DNA from: Gammaproteobacteria bacterium | GTDB lineage: Bacteria > Pseudomonadota > Gammaproteobacteria > Poriferisulfidales > GCA-002705445 | DNA: 64,000 nt | Direction: 5' to 3' | Assembly (NCBI GenBank): GCA_018674175.1 | Contig: JABHAT010000016.1 | Location: 215,058-279,057, forward strand | In this document: positions 49,110-61,372 of the stretch, in pieces | How the letters are laid out: every line of letters starts with the position of its first letter | How positions within the stretch are numbered: position 1 is the stretch's first letter | Notes under the pieces: model-generated | What the model was told of the DNA's origin: nothing | The model's database searches: none | The model's input: only the letters and a program-made list of their open reading frames with translations | Program-made: the position numbers and the translations under genes

Positions 49110-49826
49110 TTATAAAGTATTATTAAATTCTTTTTTAATTTTAATTAAAGATTTTAATGGATTCTTAGAATTTGTTATCGGCCTGCCAACTACAATATAG
49201 TCTGCTCCATTATTAGCTGCCATTGCAGGGGTCATAATTCTTTTTTGATCATCTTTATTATCTTCTGTCCTTCTTATGCCGGGACAGACACAGATGAAAT
49301 TATCTTTAATTTCATTTTTAATATTCTTGACCTCATGTGCTGAACAAACTATTCCGTTTAAACCAGAGTCATAACACAATGCTGCCATTTTCATAACCTG
49401 ATCTTTAGTATTATTTGAATATCCTATTGTTTTAATATCATCGTTATCTAGAGATGTTAATACTGTTACGCCTGTAACTAAAGTACTATAGTTATTTTCT
49501 TTTATTGTATTTGCGACTCCAGACATCATTTCAACACCACCACTTGAGTGCACATTAATCATCCAAACACCAAGATCTGCAGCTACTAGAGAGCTTTTAA
49601 TAACTGTATTTTTAATATCGTGAAATTTAAGATCTAAAAATATTTTATAGCCCAACTTATGAAGTGCATTCACTATTTTTGGCCCACAACTAACATATAA
49701 CTCAAGACCAACCTTTAAAATACATAATGAAGGATCAAGTATTTTAGCCATATCTAAAGCTTTATTTTCTTTGTTGTAATCTAAAGCTACAATAATATGC
49801 GGAATTTCATAATTATTAGACGACAT
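49110..49826 (-). CDS. pyrF: orotidine-5'-phosphate decarboxylase
   Basis: 238-aa ORF with VALDY, FLDLKFHDI and VVGRPI motifs. Confidence 0.94.
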   Translation of the reverse strand: MSSNNYEIPHIIVALDYNKENKALDMAKILDPSLCILKVGLELYVSCGPKIVNALHKLGYKIFLDLKFHDIKNTVIKSSLVAADLGVWMINVHSSGGVEMMSGVANTIKENNYSTLVTGVTVLTSLDNDDIKTIGYSNNTKDQVMKMAALCYDSGLNGIVCSAHEVKNIKNEIKDNFICVCPGIRRTEDNKDDQKRIMTPAMAANNGADYIVVGRPITNSKNPLKSLIKIKKEFNNTL

Positions 49827-51012
49827 AGTGATCTACTTTAGATGCTTCAAGGGTACTTTTTTTAATTGATGACCACTTCTGACAGCTTGGACACTGCCAA
49901 AAATGATTAATACTATTAAATCCACAATTTATACATTTATGTTCTTTTTCATTAGATGCGTAATTTTGAAGACACTTTCTAATATTATTTAAACTTTGAT
50001 TATCAAAAGCAATTCTATTTTTATTGATGAGCTCCAAGTATTTGGACAGCTGTATCAATGTGACCTTCCCATTATCAAATTCATTCTCATATAAATCTGA
50101 GATTTCTTGACTACTCATGCTTGCAGGAAAATCCTTATTTAAGTTTGAGTAAAGCTCCATTGGGTTTGCTATACCTGACAGCCTTTTTATAAATGTTAAA
50201 AAATTATCTCTTGTATTCAATCTCTCATGTGTGCGTTTTAATTTCTCAAGAACTAGATAAGTATAATTAGGATATTTTTCATGAATATTCATATATTTTT
50301 TTAAAGCATCTGTATAATTTTTCCCATGAAAAGAAATATCACCTAATAATATTAATGTTCTTAAGGATTTTTTATTATAACTAAAAGCTTTATTAATAAA
50401 TTTTTTAGCTGCAGCTAAACTATTTTCTTCATTAATACTTAGCTCATTTTCTACCAATTCACAATAATAATGAGATATGATATCTGATAAATCTTCATTA
50501 CTAAGTGATTGAATTTTTATTGAAGTATCTATGGCTTTTTGCCATTCTTTTTCTTGCTCATATATATCTCTTAGATAAGATAATATCTCATGCGGCTTTT
50601 CAACTTCACTTGCTAATCTTTTAAAGATTGATTCTGCTCTATCTAAAAAACCAGACTTTAAATAATCTTTTGCTAACTCTAATGAACATTCTTGTTTAAC
50701 TTTTATTTCCAAACCAGGTCTTGCAATTAGATTTTGATGAATTCTTATTGCTCTATCAACCTCTCCTCTATTTCTGAAAAGATTTCCAAGAATTATATGT
50801 GTTTCAGCCGTATCTTGATTTACACTTACCATAGACATAAATGTATCCAGCGCTTTATCATGCTGCTCTGCTAGCAAATAATTCATACTTTGTAAGTATT
50901 CTACTGGTATTGAATTAGAACTTTTTTTATAAAATAATTTTATAGAAATATAAAATATTAATGCTGATATTATTATAATAAAAAATATTATTGTTGTGAT
51001 GGTAATATACAT
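49816..51012 (-). CDS. lapB: LPS assembly protein LapB (YciM)
   Basis: 398-aa ORF with an N-terminal TM segment, TPR repeats and the C-terminal rubredoxin-like CINCG...WQCPSC, following lapA. Confidence 0.9.
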   Translation of the reverse strand: MYITITTIIFFIIIISALIFYISIKLFYKKSSNSIPVEYLQSMNYLLAEQHDKALDTFMSMVSVNQDTAETHIILGNLFRNRGEVDRAIRIHQNLIARPGLEIKVKQECSLELAKDYLKSGFLDRAESIFKRLASEVEKPHEILSYLRDIYEQEKEWQKAIDTSIKIQSLSNEDLSDIISHYYCELVENELSINEENSLAAAKKFINKAFSYNKKSLRTLILLGDISFHGKNYTDALKKYMNIHEKYPNYTYLVLEKLKRTHERLNTRDNFLTFIKRLSGIANPMELYSNLNKDFPASMSSQEISDLYENEFDNGKVTLIQLSKYLELINKNRIAFDNQSLNNIRKCLQNYASNEKEHKCINCGFNSINHFWQCPSCQKWSSIKKSTLEASKVDHYVV

Positions 51013-51015
51013 TTC

Positions 51016-51306
51016 TTACTCTTGTATTGGTATTCGTCTAAGATTTTGAACCTCTTTAGATATTAGATCATGATCTTTTTTAAGAACTCTATATTTTTTC
51101 TTAGAACTAAAGACTAATCCAATTAAAAAAAATGTTGATATAAAAATACCAAAGAGCATTGCTGTAAATATTAATACTCCTAAAGGAATATCTGAGAATT
51201 GTATAAAATAAAAATCTATTAAGTAAGGGATTTTATTGTAATAAACTACAGTCACACTTAACAATGATATTGTTACCGACAGTAATAGTGCTAATAATCT
51301 AAACAT
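51016..51306 (-). CDS. lapA: LPS assembly protein LapA (YciS)
   Basis: 96-aa ORF with two TM segments, lying between ihfB and lapB as in other gammaproteobacteria. Confidence 0.8.
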   Translation of the reverse strand: MFRLLALLLSVTISLLSVTVVYYNKIPYLIDFYFIQFSDIPLGVLIFTAMLFGIFISTFFLIGLVFSSKKKYRVLKKDHDLISKEVQNLRRIPIQE

Positions 51307-51350
51307 ATAATTAAAATTTTGTTAAATATAATTATATTATATGATTTTTA

Positions 51351-51665
51351 TTAATCTATGTCGTGTAAATTATTAATTTTATTGCGTAAAACCTTTCCAG
51401 GCTTGAAATGCGCTGCATTTTTACCTGGTAGAGACACAGAATCTCCTGTTTTTGGATTCCTACCTATTCTTGGTTTTCTATAATGAACTGAAAAACTTCC
51501 AAAGCCCCTAACCTCTGTTCTGTCACCTTTAGATAAAGAGTCTATGATCTTTTCTATCAATGTTTTAACTGAAAGCTCAACATCTTTTGTCCCTAATTGA
51601 GGTATTTTCACAGAAATTTTTTCAATTAATTCGGATTTTGTGATTGAATCTCTTTTTTCTTCCAT
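51351..51665 (-). CDS. ihfB: integration host factor subunit beta
   Basis: 104-aa HU/IHF-fold ORF (RGFGSFS, GRNPKTG) directly downstream of rpsA. Confidence 0.92.
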   Translation of the reverse strand: MEEKRDSITKSELIEKISVKIPQLGTKDVELSVKTLIEKIIDSLSKGDRTEVRGFGSFSVHYRKPRIGRNPKTGDSVSLPGKNAAHFKPGKVLRNKINNLHDID

Positions 51666-51705
51666 AGAAACCTACTTTTCTAAATATTACTTTCTATTGA
51701 GTATA

Positions 51706-53364
51706 TTATTTATCTATATGTTCTTTTAAGATATCACCAAAAGAACTTCCTACTGACTCATTATTTTCTTTGTAATCATTAAGAGCCTTATCTTCATTTT
51801 GTTTCTCAAAGGCCTTCATGGATAGATTTATTGTTTGATTTTTTTTATCAATATTGGTTATCATCAACTCAAGATCTTCGCCTATCTGCATTGAATCTAC
51901 GCTTTTATCTGATGCTAACTCAGATAATTTTAAATTACCAACTACAGAATCACCTAACTCAATAGATATGTATTTGGGTGTTTTCTCTAATATTTTACCT
52001 TTTACTACTGCTCCTTTTGACTTGCTCTGTGTATATTCTTGGAATTTATTAACCGTAAGTTGTTTTACACCTAGTGATATCCTTTCTCGCTCTGTATCTG
52101 CAGAAATCAAAATTGTTTTTAGTTCATCGCCTTTTTTATAATTTCTTACAGCAAGGTCACCGCTTTCTGTCCAAGATAAATCTGACAAATGAACAAGCCC
52201 ATCTATACCATCATCTAAGCCTATAAATATACCAAAATCAGTTATTGATTTTATCTGACCAGTAATTATTTCACCAATCTCATGGTTATCTATAAATTTG
52301 GTCCAAGGATTAGGCTGGCATTGTTTTATACCTAAAGATATTCTTCTTCTTTCTGGATCAATATCTAGAATCATTACTTCAATTTCTTGTCCAATTGCCA
52401 CTAATTTTTCTGGATTTGCATTTTTATTTGTCCAATCCATCTCAGATACATGAACAAGACCCTCTACACCATTATGTATTTCTACAAAACAACCATAATC
52501 TGCAATATTAGTAATCTTTCCTTTTAATTTTGATCCTTCTGGATGTGCTTTGCTTATTTCAAACCAAGGATCTTCATTTAATTGCTTCAAACCCAATGAA
52601 ACCCTAGTTTTTTCTTTATCAAATTTTAAGACTTTAACGTCAATTTCATCGCCAATATTAATTAACTCTGAAGGGTGCCTAACTCTTTTCCAAGCCATAT
52701 CTGTAATATGTAGCAACCCATCAACACCACCTAAGTCTAAAAATGCTCCGTAGTCTGTAATATTTTTAACTATACCTTTAATTACTGACCCTTCTTCTAA
52801 ACTTGAAATTAATTCATCTCTTTCTTCACTATTTTCAGATTCTAAAACTGCTTTTCTTGAAACTACAACATTATTTCTTTTCTTATCTATTTTTATAACA
52901 ATAAATTCTAAATCTTTTCCTTCTAAATATGTAGTTTCTCTAACCGGCCTTACATCAACTAATGAGCCTGGTAAAAATGCTTTTATATCAGCTAAATCAA
53001 CAGTAAATCCACCTTTTACTTTACCTGTTATTCTTCCTTCCAGTATTTTCTTTTCTTCAAAAGCTTCTGATAATGAGACCCATGCCCTTGCTTTTTTTGC
53101 TTTTTCTCTAGATAGTTTAGTTTCTCCAAATCCATCCTCTATTGCATCAACTGTTACCTCTACTGTATCACCTTCTTTAACTTCTACATTTCCATCAAAA
53201 CCTATAAACTGATCAATTGGAATCATTCCTTCTGATTTAAGGCCTGCGTTAACAATAACTAGATCTTTTTTAACGTCTATCACAGTACCCATAATTATGG
53301 CACCAGACTTAACCTGTAGTTTTGAAATACTCTCTTCTATTAATCTTGAAAAATCTTCACTCAT
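51706..53364 (-). CDS. rpsA: 30S ribosomal protein S1
   Basis: 552-aa ORF with six S1 repeats (repeated G.V...TDFGAF(V/L)DLGG.DGL.H.S patterns). Confidence 0.97.
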   Translation of the reverse strand: MSEDFSRLIEESISKLQVKSGAIIMGTVIDVKKDLVIVNAGLKSEGMIPIDQFIGFDGNVEVKEGDTVEVTVDAIEDGFGETKLSREKAKKARAWVSLSEAFEEKKILEGRITGKVKGGFTVDLADIKAFLPGSLVDVRPVRETTYLEGKDLEFIVIKIDKKRNNVVVSRKAVLESENSEERDELISSLEEGSVIKGIVKNITDYGAFLDLGGVDGLLHITDMAWKRVRHPSELINIGDEIDVKVLKFDKEKTRVSLGLKQLNEDPWFEISKAHPEGSKLKGKITNIADYGCFVEIHNGVEGLVHVSEMDWTNKNANPEKLVAIGQEIEVMILDIDPERRRISLGIKQCQPNPWTKFIDNHEIGEIITGQIKSITDFGIFIGLDDGIDGLVHLSDLSWTESGDLAVRNYKKGDELKTILISADTERERISLGVKQLTVNKFQEYTQSKSKGAVVKGKILEKTPKYISIELGDSVVGNLKLSELASDKSVDSMQIGEDLELMITNIDKKNQTINLSMKAFEKQNEDKALNDYKENNESVGSSFGDILKEHIDK

Positions 53365-54044
53365 ATATTTTTTATATTATCTCTTATAATGTTTATAGTT
53401 TTATTAAATACTTCTTCTGCACTAAATTCACTTGTATCTATTATTATTGCATCTTTTGCTGGTATTAAAGGAGATATTAATCTATCTGTATCCGCCTTAT
53501 CTCTTAACAAAAGTTTTTGTATTAGGGTCGGCAAGTTAGCACTAATTCCTTGATCTTTCAACTGATTTAATCGCCTTTCTGCCCTTTTTTCAACTGACGC
53601 TGTCAAATAAAACTTAATATTTGCTTCTGCAAAGACTTTTGTTCCCATATCTCTCCCGTCAGCCACTAGGCCTTCATCAGTAAGATAGCTACGCTGATAT
53701 TTTTCTAGCATATCCCTAGCCCTTTTATCTTTAGCAATACTAGAAGCCATGATTGCAACTTTTTCAGTTCTTATTTTATTTGTATAGTCATTACCATTAA
53801 CGAACACTTGTGCTTTTTCGCCCTTCTTATATCTAAAATCAATTGATATGTCATTAATCGATTCATCTAGATTTTCTAAAATATTCTCAGGATTATTATT
53901 CTTTTCATACAATTTTAATGCTAAAGACCTATATAAAGAACCGCTATCTAGATACTTATAACTAAGTTTTTCTGCAATCATCATTGCTATAGTTCCTTTT
54001 CCTACTCCGCTTGGTCCATCCACAGTTATTATTATTGGCTTCAA
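53361..54044 (-). CDS. cmk: cytidylate kinase
   Basis: 227-aa ORF with the P-loop [10 protein letters not shown] and LDSGSLYR, overlapping rpsA and aroA by 4 nt each. Confidence 0.94.
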   Translation of the reverse strand: MKPIIITVDGPSGVGKGTIAMMIAEKLSYKYLDSGSLYRSLALKLYEKNNNPENILENLDESINDISIDFRYKKGEKAQVFVNGNDYTNKIRTEKVAIMASSIAKDKRARDMLEKYQRSYLTDEGLVADGRDMGTKVFAEANIKFYLTASVEKRAERRLNQLKDQGISANLPTLIQKLLLRDKADTDRLISPLIPAKDAIIIDTSEFSAEEVFNKTINIIRDNIKNI

Positions 54045-55351
54045 ATGTTTTCTCTCTTTATTTTTAATCCCATATCTTTAATTAAACTAAAAAAACCAGG
54101 GAAAGACGTTGATACATTTTCTGTATTCAATATGGTTATTGGATCTTTAGAAATTAAACCAGCAATTGCAAATGCCATTGCAATTCTGTGATCACCATAA
54201 CTATTAATAGTTGCTCCAGAAATTTTACCACCATTTATCTCTATACCATCATCATAAAGAGAACTATTTATATTGCACTTAAGCAAACCTTTTGACATTA
54301 CTGATAATCTATCACTTTCTTTATATCTTAATTCTTCTGCATTTTTTAGAATTGTTTTCCCTGAAGCGCTTGCTGCTGCAATAAATAATATTGGAAACTC
54401 ATCAATTGCACTTGCAATATATTTTCTTGGTATCTCAATACCTTTTAGTTTTGAGGATCTTACTAAAATATCCCCAACTTTTTCTGGACCATAATTTTTT
54501 AAATTACTAAACTCTATTTCCGCGCCCATTAATTTTAATATTTCGATGCCGCCAGTTCTTAAAATATTTAAACCAACATTTTTAATTATAACTTCAGATT
54601 TTTCTGAAATTAAGCAGCCAACAATAATAAACATAGCTGAAGATATATCTCCAGGGATATCTACATCTCTAGATACTAATTTATTTTCTGGGTTAATAGT
54701 TATTTTATTATTAGTATTTTCAATACTACCACCCAAGTAGTTGATCATATTCTCAGTATGATCTCTGGTTGCTACATTTTCTATAATATTTGTTTTACCT
54801 TTAGTATAGAGACTAGCTAATATGATTGATGATTTAATCTGAGCACTATCTATCGGCATTTTGTATTCTATTGGCATTAGTTTTTTTACAGGAATTATAT
54901 TTATTGGTGCAGTATCATTTTTTGATAACTTAATATTTGCCCCCATCATTCCTAAAGGTGAGGATATTCTTTTCATAGGTCTTGAGCTTAGAGACCTATC
55001 ACCAATCAAACGACTTGCAAATTTTTGACCACACATTAAACCTGATAAAAGACGCATGCTTGTTCCAGAGTTACCGCAGTTCAAATCACTACTAGCTTCT
55101 TTTAAGCCATATGCACCCTTGCCATTTATGTAATAGGAACCATCAATATTTTTTTTAATACTAACACCAAGTGTTCTAAAAATTTTCAAAGTAGCTAAAC
55201 AATCGTCTGATTCTAACAGGCCTGAAATTTTAGCTTCTCCTGATGAAATTGATAGTAAAATCAGTGATCTATGTGATATAGATTTATCACCTGGAACAGA
55301 AATCGTTCCACTAATATTATTCGAAGGGTCTACTGTATATTGTTCTGGCAT
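54041..55351 (-). CDS. aroA: 3-phosphoshikimate 1-carboxyvinyltransferase (EPSP synthase)
   Basis: 436-aa ORF with GDKSISHR, CGNSGTSMRLL, RPMKR and GDHRIAMAF motifs. Confidence 0.96.
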   Translation of the reverse strand: MPEQYTVDPSNNISGTISVPGDKSISHRSLILLSISSGEAKISGLLESDDCLATLKIFRTLGVSIKKNIDGSYYINGKGAYGLKEASSDLNCGNSGTSMRLLSGLMCGQKFASRLIGDRSLSSRPMKRISSPLGMMGANIKLSKNDTAPINIIPVKKLMPIEYKMPIDSAQIKSSIILASLYTKGKTNIIENVATRDHTENMINYLGGSIENTNNKITINPENKLVSRDVDIPGDISSAMFIIVGCLISEKSEVIIKNVGLNILRTGGIEILKLMGAEIEFSNLKNYGPEKVGDILVRSSKLKGIEIPRKYIASAIDEFPILFIAAASASGKTILKNAEELRYKESDRLSVMSKGLLKCNINSSLYDDGIEINGGKISGATINSYGDHRIAMAFAIAGLISKDPITILNTENVSTSFPGFFSLIKDMGLKIKRENI

Positions 55352-55356
55352 AAAAA

Positions 55357-56223
55357 TTATTTAATAGGTTTTGATTTTTTTAAATATGATACTAAGTCAT
55401 CTATATTTTCCGACGCTATCATAGATTTTAATTCACTTAATTCTTCAAGGTACTCATCAAGATATTTAATTAGATTACTCTGATTATCTTTAAAAATATT
55501 TGCCCATGCCTCAGGATCACTATTTGCAATCCTTATCATGTCTGAGAGACTTCCTTTTGAATTAATCTCTGGTAATTTTTTTGTTAAATATTTAGCGTTT
55601 GTATTTTTTGCTAAGGCAAACGAAATTGCGTGAGGCGCATGACTAATTATTGACAAATATTCGTCATGTATAGCGGAGTCTATTGAAACAACATTACAAT
55701 CTAAAGATTGCCACATATCCTTTACGCTATTAATATTGTCTAAATTTTGATCAACAAGTGTACTAATAAGAGTTACCGCTCCAGCAAACAAATCATCTTT
55801 TGAGTTTTCTATTCCATAATTTTCTGTTCCAGCCATTGGGTGTGATAGAATAAAATTCTTGGTTTCTGAAAAATTATTTTTAATCATAAATTCCAATAAC
55901 GTATTTTTAGTGCTCAGGGTGTCAGTAAATATTTTTTCTGTATTAAAAAAATCTTTTAAGATATGTAATATGTCTTTTATCTGATGCACTGGAACACAAA
56001 TAACTATTAAATCAGAATTATTAATACCCGCTTTTATACCTTGACTAATTTCATCAACATAATTATTTTTAATTGCGAAGTCCGTAACATCTTTATCACA
56101 ATCATATCCAATTATTTTCTCATACTTTTGATTATTTTTTAATGATCTGCACAATGATGCACCTATTAAACCTAATCCAACTACAAAGATTTTATTAATT
56201 TGTATATTTTTATTATTAGACAT
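55357..56223 (-). CDS. tyrA: prephenate/arogenate dehydrogenase
   Basis: 288-aa ORF with Rossmann VVGLGLIGAS and HPMAG catalytic His motifs, between pheA and aroA. Confidence 0.88.
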   Translation of the reverse strand: MSNNKNIQINKIFVVGLGLIGASLCRSLKNNQKYEKIIGYDCDKDVTDFAIKNNYVDEISQGIKAGINNSDLIVICVPVHQIKDILHILKDFFNTEKIFTDTLSTKNTLLEFMIKNNFSETKNFILSHPMAGTENYGIENSKDDLFAGAVTLISTLVDQNLDNINSVKDMWQSLDCNVVSIDSAIHDEYLSIISHAPHAISFALAKNTNAKYLTKKLPEINSKGSLSDMIRIANSDPEAWANIFKDNQSNLIKYLDEYLEELSELKSMIASENIDDLVSYLKKSKPIK

Positions 56224-56224
56224 T

Positions 56225-57307
56225 TTATTTATTTAATGCCGCGGGATACGATCCAAGAAATCTATATAAACTAGCTTCTTTTTTTATTTCATCGTTAACT
56301 TTTTTTAACGAGCTATCTTTTATATGACCATTTAGGTCTAAATAGAAAATATATTCCCAATTATTATGTTTTGATGGTCTTGACTCAATTCTTGTCATGC
56401 TTACATTATGCTTAGATAGTGGCTCTAAAAGGCTATATAAAGCGCCAGAATCATTTTTTGTAGACACTATAATACTTGTTTTATCATTACCTGAAGGATC
56501 TGTATCTCTTTCCCCTATCACTAAGAATCTTGTAGAGTTATTATGATTGTCTTCAATATTTTCACTCAATATATCTAATTTATAGATATCTGCTGCAACA
56601 GAGCTAGCAATAGCGCCAGAATTTTTTTCTTTTGATGCTATTAATGCAGCCTCAGCATTACTCAAAGAATTTATTTTTTCACATTTTGGTAAATTTTTTT
56701 CAAGCCAATTTTTACATTGTGAAAATGATTGTGGGTGAGCATAAATCTTTTCAATACTATCCAGGCTTTTTGAATTTGATAAAACATTATGATTAATTAG
56801 AATCTCAATTTCCCCAGAAATCTTTAGTGATGATTTCATAAACATATCTAATGTCGAAGCTACTATACCTTGCGTTGAATTTTCTACTGGTACTACTCCA
56901 TAATGTGAATCTCTTTTTTCAACTGATGAAAAAACTTCTTCAACTGACAAATGTGGTACTGACAAAATTGAAGATCCAAAATGATTTTTTGCGGCTAGCT
57001 GTGTATAAGTTCCTTCTGGACCGAGATAAGATACTTTGAGTGGTGCTTCAAGAGATAAACAGGCCGACATAACTTCTCTGAATAACTTTAATACACTTTC
57101 ATTAGATAAAGGCCCTTTATTCAACTCTTGGATACGTCTAATAACTTGAGCTTCACGTTCTGGATTATAAAAATTATCTAGCTCTTTAGATTTGTTTTTT
57201 TCTTTAGCTATTAATACTGCTTGATGCGCTCTTTGATTAAATAAATCAAGTATATCATTATCTAATGAATCTATTTTCTGTCTAATTTTTTTGATGTCTT
57301 CACTCAT
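56225..57307 (-). CDS. pheA: bifunctional chorismate mutase / prephenate dehydratase (P-protein)
   Basis: 360-aa ORF with an N-terminal CM_2 helix region (IRQKIDSLDNDILDL), a PDT domain (PVENSTQG, TRFLVI) and an ACT domain (TRIESRPS). Confidence 0.94.
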   Translation of the reverse strand: MSEDIKKIRQKIDSLDNDILDLFNQRAHQAVLIAKEKNKSKELDNFYNPEREAQVIRRIQELNKGPLSNESVLKLFREVMSACLSLEAPLKVSYLGPEGTYTQLAAKNHFGSSILSVPHLSVEEVFSSVEKRDSHYGVVPVENSTQGIVASTLDMFMKSSLKISGEIEILINHNVLSNSKSLDSIEKIYAHPQSFSQCKNWLEKNLPKCEKINSLSNAEAALIASKEKNSGAIASSVAADIYKLDILSENIEDNHNNSTRFLVIGERDTDPSGNDKTSIIVSTKNDSGALYSLLEPLSKHNVSMTRIESRPSKHNNWEYIFYLDLNGHIKDSSLKKVNDEIKKEASLYRFLGSYPAALNK

Positions 57308-57320
57308 TATTTATATATTC

Positions 57321-59879
57321 TTATACTTCTTCAACTTTATCTTCTTCTACTTTCTCTATTTGAGATAGTTTTTCATTTTTACCTAACTTTTGTAATTTAA
57401 CTCCTTGCGTATTTCTTCCTAACTGCCTTATATCTTTTATAGATGTTCTTACTAAAGTACCATGGTCTGTGATTAACATTAAATCATCATTTTCTTTTAC
57501 CTTTAGTGCACCTATCACATTTCCATTTCGATCAGATGTCTTGACTGCTATATTGCCCTTTCCTGACCTTTTTTGTAAAGAAAATTCGTTAATTACTGTT
57601 CTTTTGCCATATCCGTTTTCAGTTGCTATAAGGATATCATCTTGATCATCTTTATAACTTGTGATCATACTTATAACAGACTCATTTTTTCCTATGGTTA
57701 TTCCTTTAACTCCTGAGGCACTTCTTCCTACGCATGTAACGTCAGATTCTTTAAACCTAATAGCCTTACCAGCACTGGAAAACAGCATTATTTCTTTTTT
57801 ACCGTTTGTAACGCTAACTTCTATAAGATTATCACCATCTTTTAGGTTTATTGCTATAAGACCTGATGATCTAGGTCTAGCGAAATCAGATAATTTTGTT
57901 TTTTTAATTATTCCATTGCTAGTTGCCATTAATACAAATAAGTCTTCGTCATAGTTGCTGATTTTCTGAATAGCAGTGATTTTTTCAAACTGCGCTAAAG
58001 AAAGTATGTTAACTATAGCTTTACCTTTGGCAGAGCGTCCTGACTGAGGGATGTCATAAACTTTTAACCAGTAAACTTTTCCTAAACTTGAGAAGCATAA
58101 AATTGTATCATGTGAATTAGAAACAAATAATTTTTCAATAAAATCTTCGTCTTTTACTGTTGCGGCAGTTTTACCTCTTCCACCTCTTTTTTGAGAAGTA
58201 TAAATATCAACTGGCTGGGCTTTTACATAACCAGCATTTGATAAAGTAACTACTAAATCTTCTTCTTTTGTTAAATCCTCTTTAGAAAAATTCACAAGCT
58301 TCGTAAATTGCGTTCTTCTTTTATCACCAAATGTCTTTTTTACTTCTTCCAACTCTTCTCTTATTAAATTCATCAATATTTTATTATCATTTAATATCAG
58401 CTGATAGCCTTTAATAGAGTCAATAAGAACTTTGTAGTCTAGTAGTATCTTATCTTGTTCCAAGGCAGTTAATCTACTTAGCTTCATTTCAAGAATAGCT
58501 TGCGCTTGATTTTCTGATAATAAGTACTTATCTTTTACTAGCCCTAAACCTTCGCTCAACTCTTCAGGTTTGGTAATCGAACCTTTTGCAGAATCTAACA
58601 TTTTTAATATAAGCCCTGCTTTCCAATGCTTTGATAAAAGCTTAGTTTTTGCATCTTGAGAATTTTTAGAATCCTTAATAAGTTTAATAATTTCATCAAT
58701 ATTAGAAAGAGCTACCGCTAGACCTTCTAATATATGCGCTTTCTCTCTAGCTTTTTTTAACTCGTATATAGTTCTTCGAGTAACAATTTCTCTTCTGTGC
58801 TCAATGAAAGCAACCAATATTCTTTTTAAATCTACTGTGCCGGGTTTACCATCTATTAGCGCTACCATATTTATACTAAAAGAAGTTCTCATCTGAGTTT
58901 GCTGAAATAAATTATTCAGTAGAACTTCTGACATTTCAGATTTTTTTAATTCTATAACAATTCTCATTCCGTCTTTATCAGACTCATCTCTTAACTCAGA
59001 TATTCCTTCAAGTTTTTTATCTCTAACTAATTCTGCTATTTTTTCAATTAAACGTGCTTTATTAACTTGATATGGTAATTCAGTTACAATAATTTTTTCA
59101 CGCGAAGTTTTATTATCTATTTCAGTATTTGTCATAGCCTGCATAATTACCCTTCCTTTCCCTGTCTTATATGCAGACTCAATTCCGTTTACGTCATTTC
59201 CATCAATTGTAATAATCCCTGCTGTTGGAAAATCCGGTCCAGGAATATATTTCATTAAATCCATAATACTCATTTCTGGCTTTTTACTAAGTTCTATAAC
59301 CGCGTCTATTACCTCTGTTAAATTATGAGGAGGAATATTTGTTGCCATTCCAACTGCGATTCCTGACGAACCATTTACCAATAAATTAGGTACTCTTGTT
59401 GGAAGAACTACTGGCTCAATTTCTGTTTCATCATAATTAGGCCTAAAATCAACTGTTTCTTTATCTAGATCTGAAAGAATCTCATGGGCTATTTTGGCCA
59501 TTCTAACTTCTGTATATCTCATAGCAGCAGGAGAGTCACCATCGACAGATCCGAAGTTACCTTGCCCATCTACTAATACATATCTCATAGAAAAATCTTG
59601 AGCCATTCTTACAATTGTATCGTATGCTGCAGTGTCTCCGTGCGGGTGGTATTTACCTATAACATCACCAACAACACGTGCAGATTTTTTGTATGGTTTA
59701 TTAGAATAATTTCCCATTGATTCCATGGCATATAAAACCCTTCTGTGAACAGGTTTTAATCCATCTCTTATATCTGGTAAAGCCCTACCAATTATTACGC
59801 TCATTGCATAATCTAGATAAGCTTCTCTTGTCTCTTCTTCAATAGGAACAGTTCTAAGTTCTTTAGCAAAATCTACCAT
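57321..59879 (-). CDS. gyrA: DNA gyrase subunit A
   Basis: 852-aa ORF with [23 protein letters not shown] (QRDR), AAMRYTE (catalytic Tyr) and C-terminal beta-pinwheel repeats. Confidence 0.98.
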   Translation of the reverse strand: MVDFAKELRTVPIEEETREAYLDYAMSVIIGRALPDIRDGLKPVHRRVLYAMESMGNYSNKPYKKSARVVGDVIGKYHPHGDTAAYDTIVRMAQDFSMRYVLVDGQGNFGSVDGDSPAAMRYTEVRMAKIAHEILSDLDKETVDFRPNYDETEIEPVVLPTRVPNLLVNGSSGIAVGMATNIPPHNLTEVIDAVIELSKKPEMSIMDLMKYIPGPDFPTAGIITIDGNDVNGIESAYKTGKGRVIMQAMTNTEIDNKTSREKIIVTELPYQVNKARLIEKIAELVRDKKLEGISELRDESDKDGMRIVIELKKSEMSEVLLNNLFQQTQMRTSFSINMVALIDGKPGTVDLKRILVAFIEHRREIVTRRTIYELKKAREKAHILEGLAVALSNIDEIIKLIKDSKNSQDAKTKLLSKHWKAGLILKMLDSAKGSITKPEELSEGLGLVKDKYLLSENQAQAILEMKLSRLTALEQDKILLDYKVLIDSIKGYQLILNDNKILMNLIREELEEVKKTFGDKRRTQFTKLVNFSKEDLTKEEDLVVTLSNAGYVKAQPVDIYTSQKRGGRGKTAATVKDEDFIEKLFVSNSHDTILCFSSLGKVYWLKVYDIPQSGRSAKGKAIVNILSLAQFEKITAIQKISNYDEDLFVLMATSNGIIKKTKLSDFARPRSSGLIAINLKDGDNLIEVSVTNGKKEIMLFSSAGKAIRFKESDVTCVGRSASGVKGITIGKNESVISMITSYKDDQDDILIATENGYGKRTVINEFSLQKRSGKGNIAVKTSDRNGNVIGALKVKENDDLMLITDHGTLVRTSIKDIRQLGRNTQGVKLQKLGKNEKLSQIEKVEEDKVEEV

Positions 59880-60020
59880 TATGACTCATTAAATTTACTG
59901 ATTGGAATAGCTAGTATTCTAACATGAGTAGTGTTTTTTCACTAGATTAACAACAAAATAATAGGTAAAAATAGGCTTCTAATAATGCTAATTTTGCATA
60001 AATATTATAATATGTAATGC

Positions 60021-60719
60021 ATGAATGTAGATGATAATGAAGTACAAAAATTTAACAAAATTTCATACAGTTGGTGGGATCCTGAAGGTCCTTTCAAACC
60101 TCTTCATATGTTAAATCCAGTAAGAACAAATTTCATAAAAAATAGCGTTGATTTAGATAATAAATCGTTAATTGATGTTGGATGTGGAGGTGGGCTCCTT
60201 TGTGAAAGTTTAGTTTCTAGCGATAATAATGTCACAGGTATTGATATGTCAAAAGACGCTATTGAAATAGCAAAAACTCACCAGGTATTAAATAATCTAA
60301 ATATAAACTACCAAAATATAAGTTTAGAGAACTTAATCATAGAATCAAATAAAAAATATGATGTTTTAACATGCTTAGAGCTTGTTGAGCATGTCCCTGA
60401 TCCTGAAAAATTAATTCACGACTGCGTAAAAATTACAAAAAATAATGCTGATTTATTTTTTTCAACATTAAATAGAAATCTAGTATCATATCTGGTTTCC
60501 ATTATTGGCGCAGAATATGTATTTAATATTCTTCCTAAGGGCACGCATGATTATAAAACATTTATTAAGCCTTCGGAGTTTTGTGGTCTACTAAGAAAAA
60601 AATCTTTAGAAGTTAAAAGTATAAAAGGTATTAGTTATAATATTTTTAATAAGAAATTTTATGAATCTAATAATCCAAATATAAACTATATAATACATTG
60701 TAAAAAAAATAATGATTAA
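60021..60719 (+). CDS. ubiG: ubiquinone biosynthesis O-methyltransferase UbiG
   Basis: 232-aa ORF with WWDPEGPFKPLH and LIDVGCGGGLL SAM motifs, divergent from gyrA as in many gammaproteobacteria. Confidence 0.93.
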   Translation: MNVDDNEVQKFNKISYSWWDPEGPFKPLHMLNPVRTNFIKNSVDLDNKSLIDVGCGGGLLCESLVSSDNNVTGIDMSKDAIEIAKTHQVLNNLNINYQNISLENLIIESNKKYDVLTCLELVEHVPDPEKLIHDCVKITKNNADLFFSTLNRNLVSYLVSIIGAEYVFNILPKGTHDYKTFIKPSEFCGLLRKKSLEVKSIKGISYNIFNKKFYESNNPNINYIIHCKKNND

Positions 60720-61371
60720 TAAAAAATTTGAAGCAATACTATTTGATTTTGATGGAACACTAGCAGACACTTCTTTCGATATGGTTAATTGTTTAAATAT
60801 CTTATTAAAAAAACACTCAATACCAGAAGTATCTTCAGATGTTGCGAAAAATTATATTTCAAAGGGAGCTGGCGGGTTAATAGATTTTTCTTGTCCTGAT
60901 TTATCTGAAAATAAAAGAAAAGCATTTATTTCCGAATACCTCAATATATATAAAGAAAATATTTTTGTTAAAACACATTTATTTGATGGCATTAGTGAGA
61001 TTATTGAGACTTTAGTTGTAAACAGTTACAAGTGGGGTATCGTAACCAATAAACCTGGTTACCTTGTCGAGCCTATAATTAAAATGCTTAATTTATACCA
61101 CCAGCCTCACTGCCTTGTATCTGGAGATACACTTAGTGTTAAAAAACCAAGTCCTGAGCCATTACTTTACGCATCAAAACAGTTATCTTGCGATCCTTTG
61201 CTATGTGCTTATGTAGGCGATGATATTAGGGATATAAGGGCTGCTAATGCTGCAGGTATGTTTTCTGTTGCTGCTTCATACGGTTTTATTAAAAATAAAG
61301 ATCACATAAAAAAATGGGGAAGTGACTATACAATCAATTCCCCATTAGATTTAAAAAACTTAATTACCTGA
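60712..61371 (+). CDS. HAD-IA phosphatase (phosphoglycolate phosphatase Gph / MurNAc-6P phosphatase MupP type)
   Basis: 219-aa ORF with ILFDFDGTLADT, VTNKP and YVGDDIRDI motifs. The position after ubiG matches the Pseudomonas mupP locus (from memory), so the Gph versus MupP call stays open. Confidence 0.85.
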   Translation: MINKKFEAILFDFDGTLADTSFDMVNCLNILLKKHSIPEVSSDVAKNYISKGAGGLIDFSCPDLSENKRKAFISEYLNIYKENIFVKTHLFDGISEIIETLVVNSYKWGIVTNKPGYLVEPIIKMLNLYHQPHCLVSGDTLSVKKPSPEPLLYASKQLSCDPLLCAYVGDDIRDIRAANAAGMFSVAASYGFIKNKDHIKKWGSDYTINSPLDLKNLIT

Positions 61372-61372
61372 A

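Noticed and set aside
59619-59633. GyrA QRDR checked for quinolone-resistance substitutions.
   Set aside because: The codons give Thr83 and Asp87 ([11 protein letters not shown]). Thr83 is the wild-type residue in Pseudomonas-like GyrA, so this is not a resistance allele.
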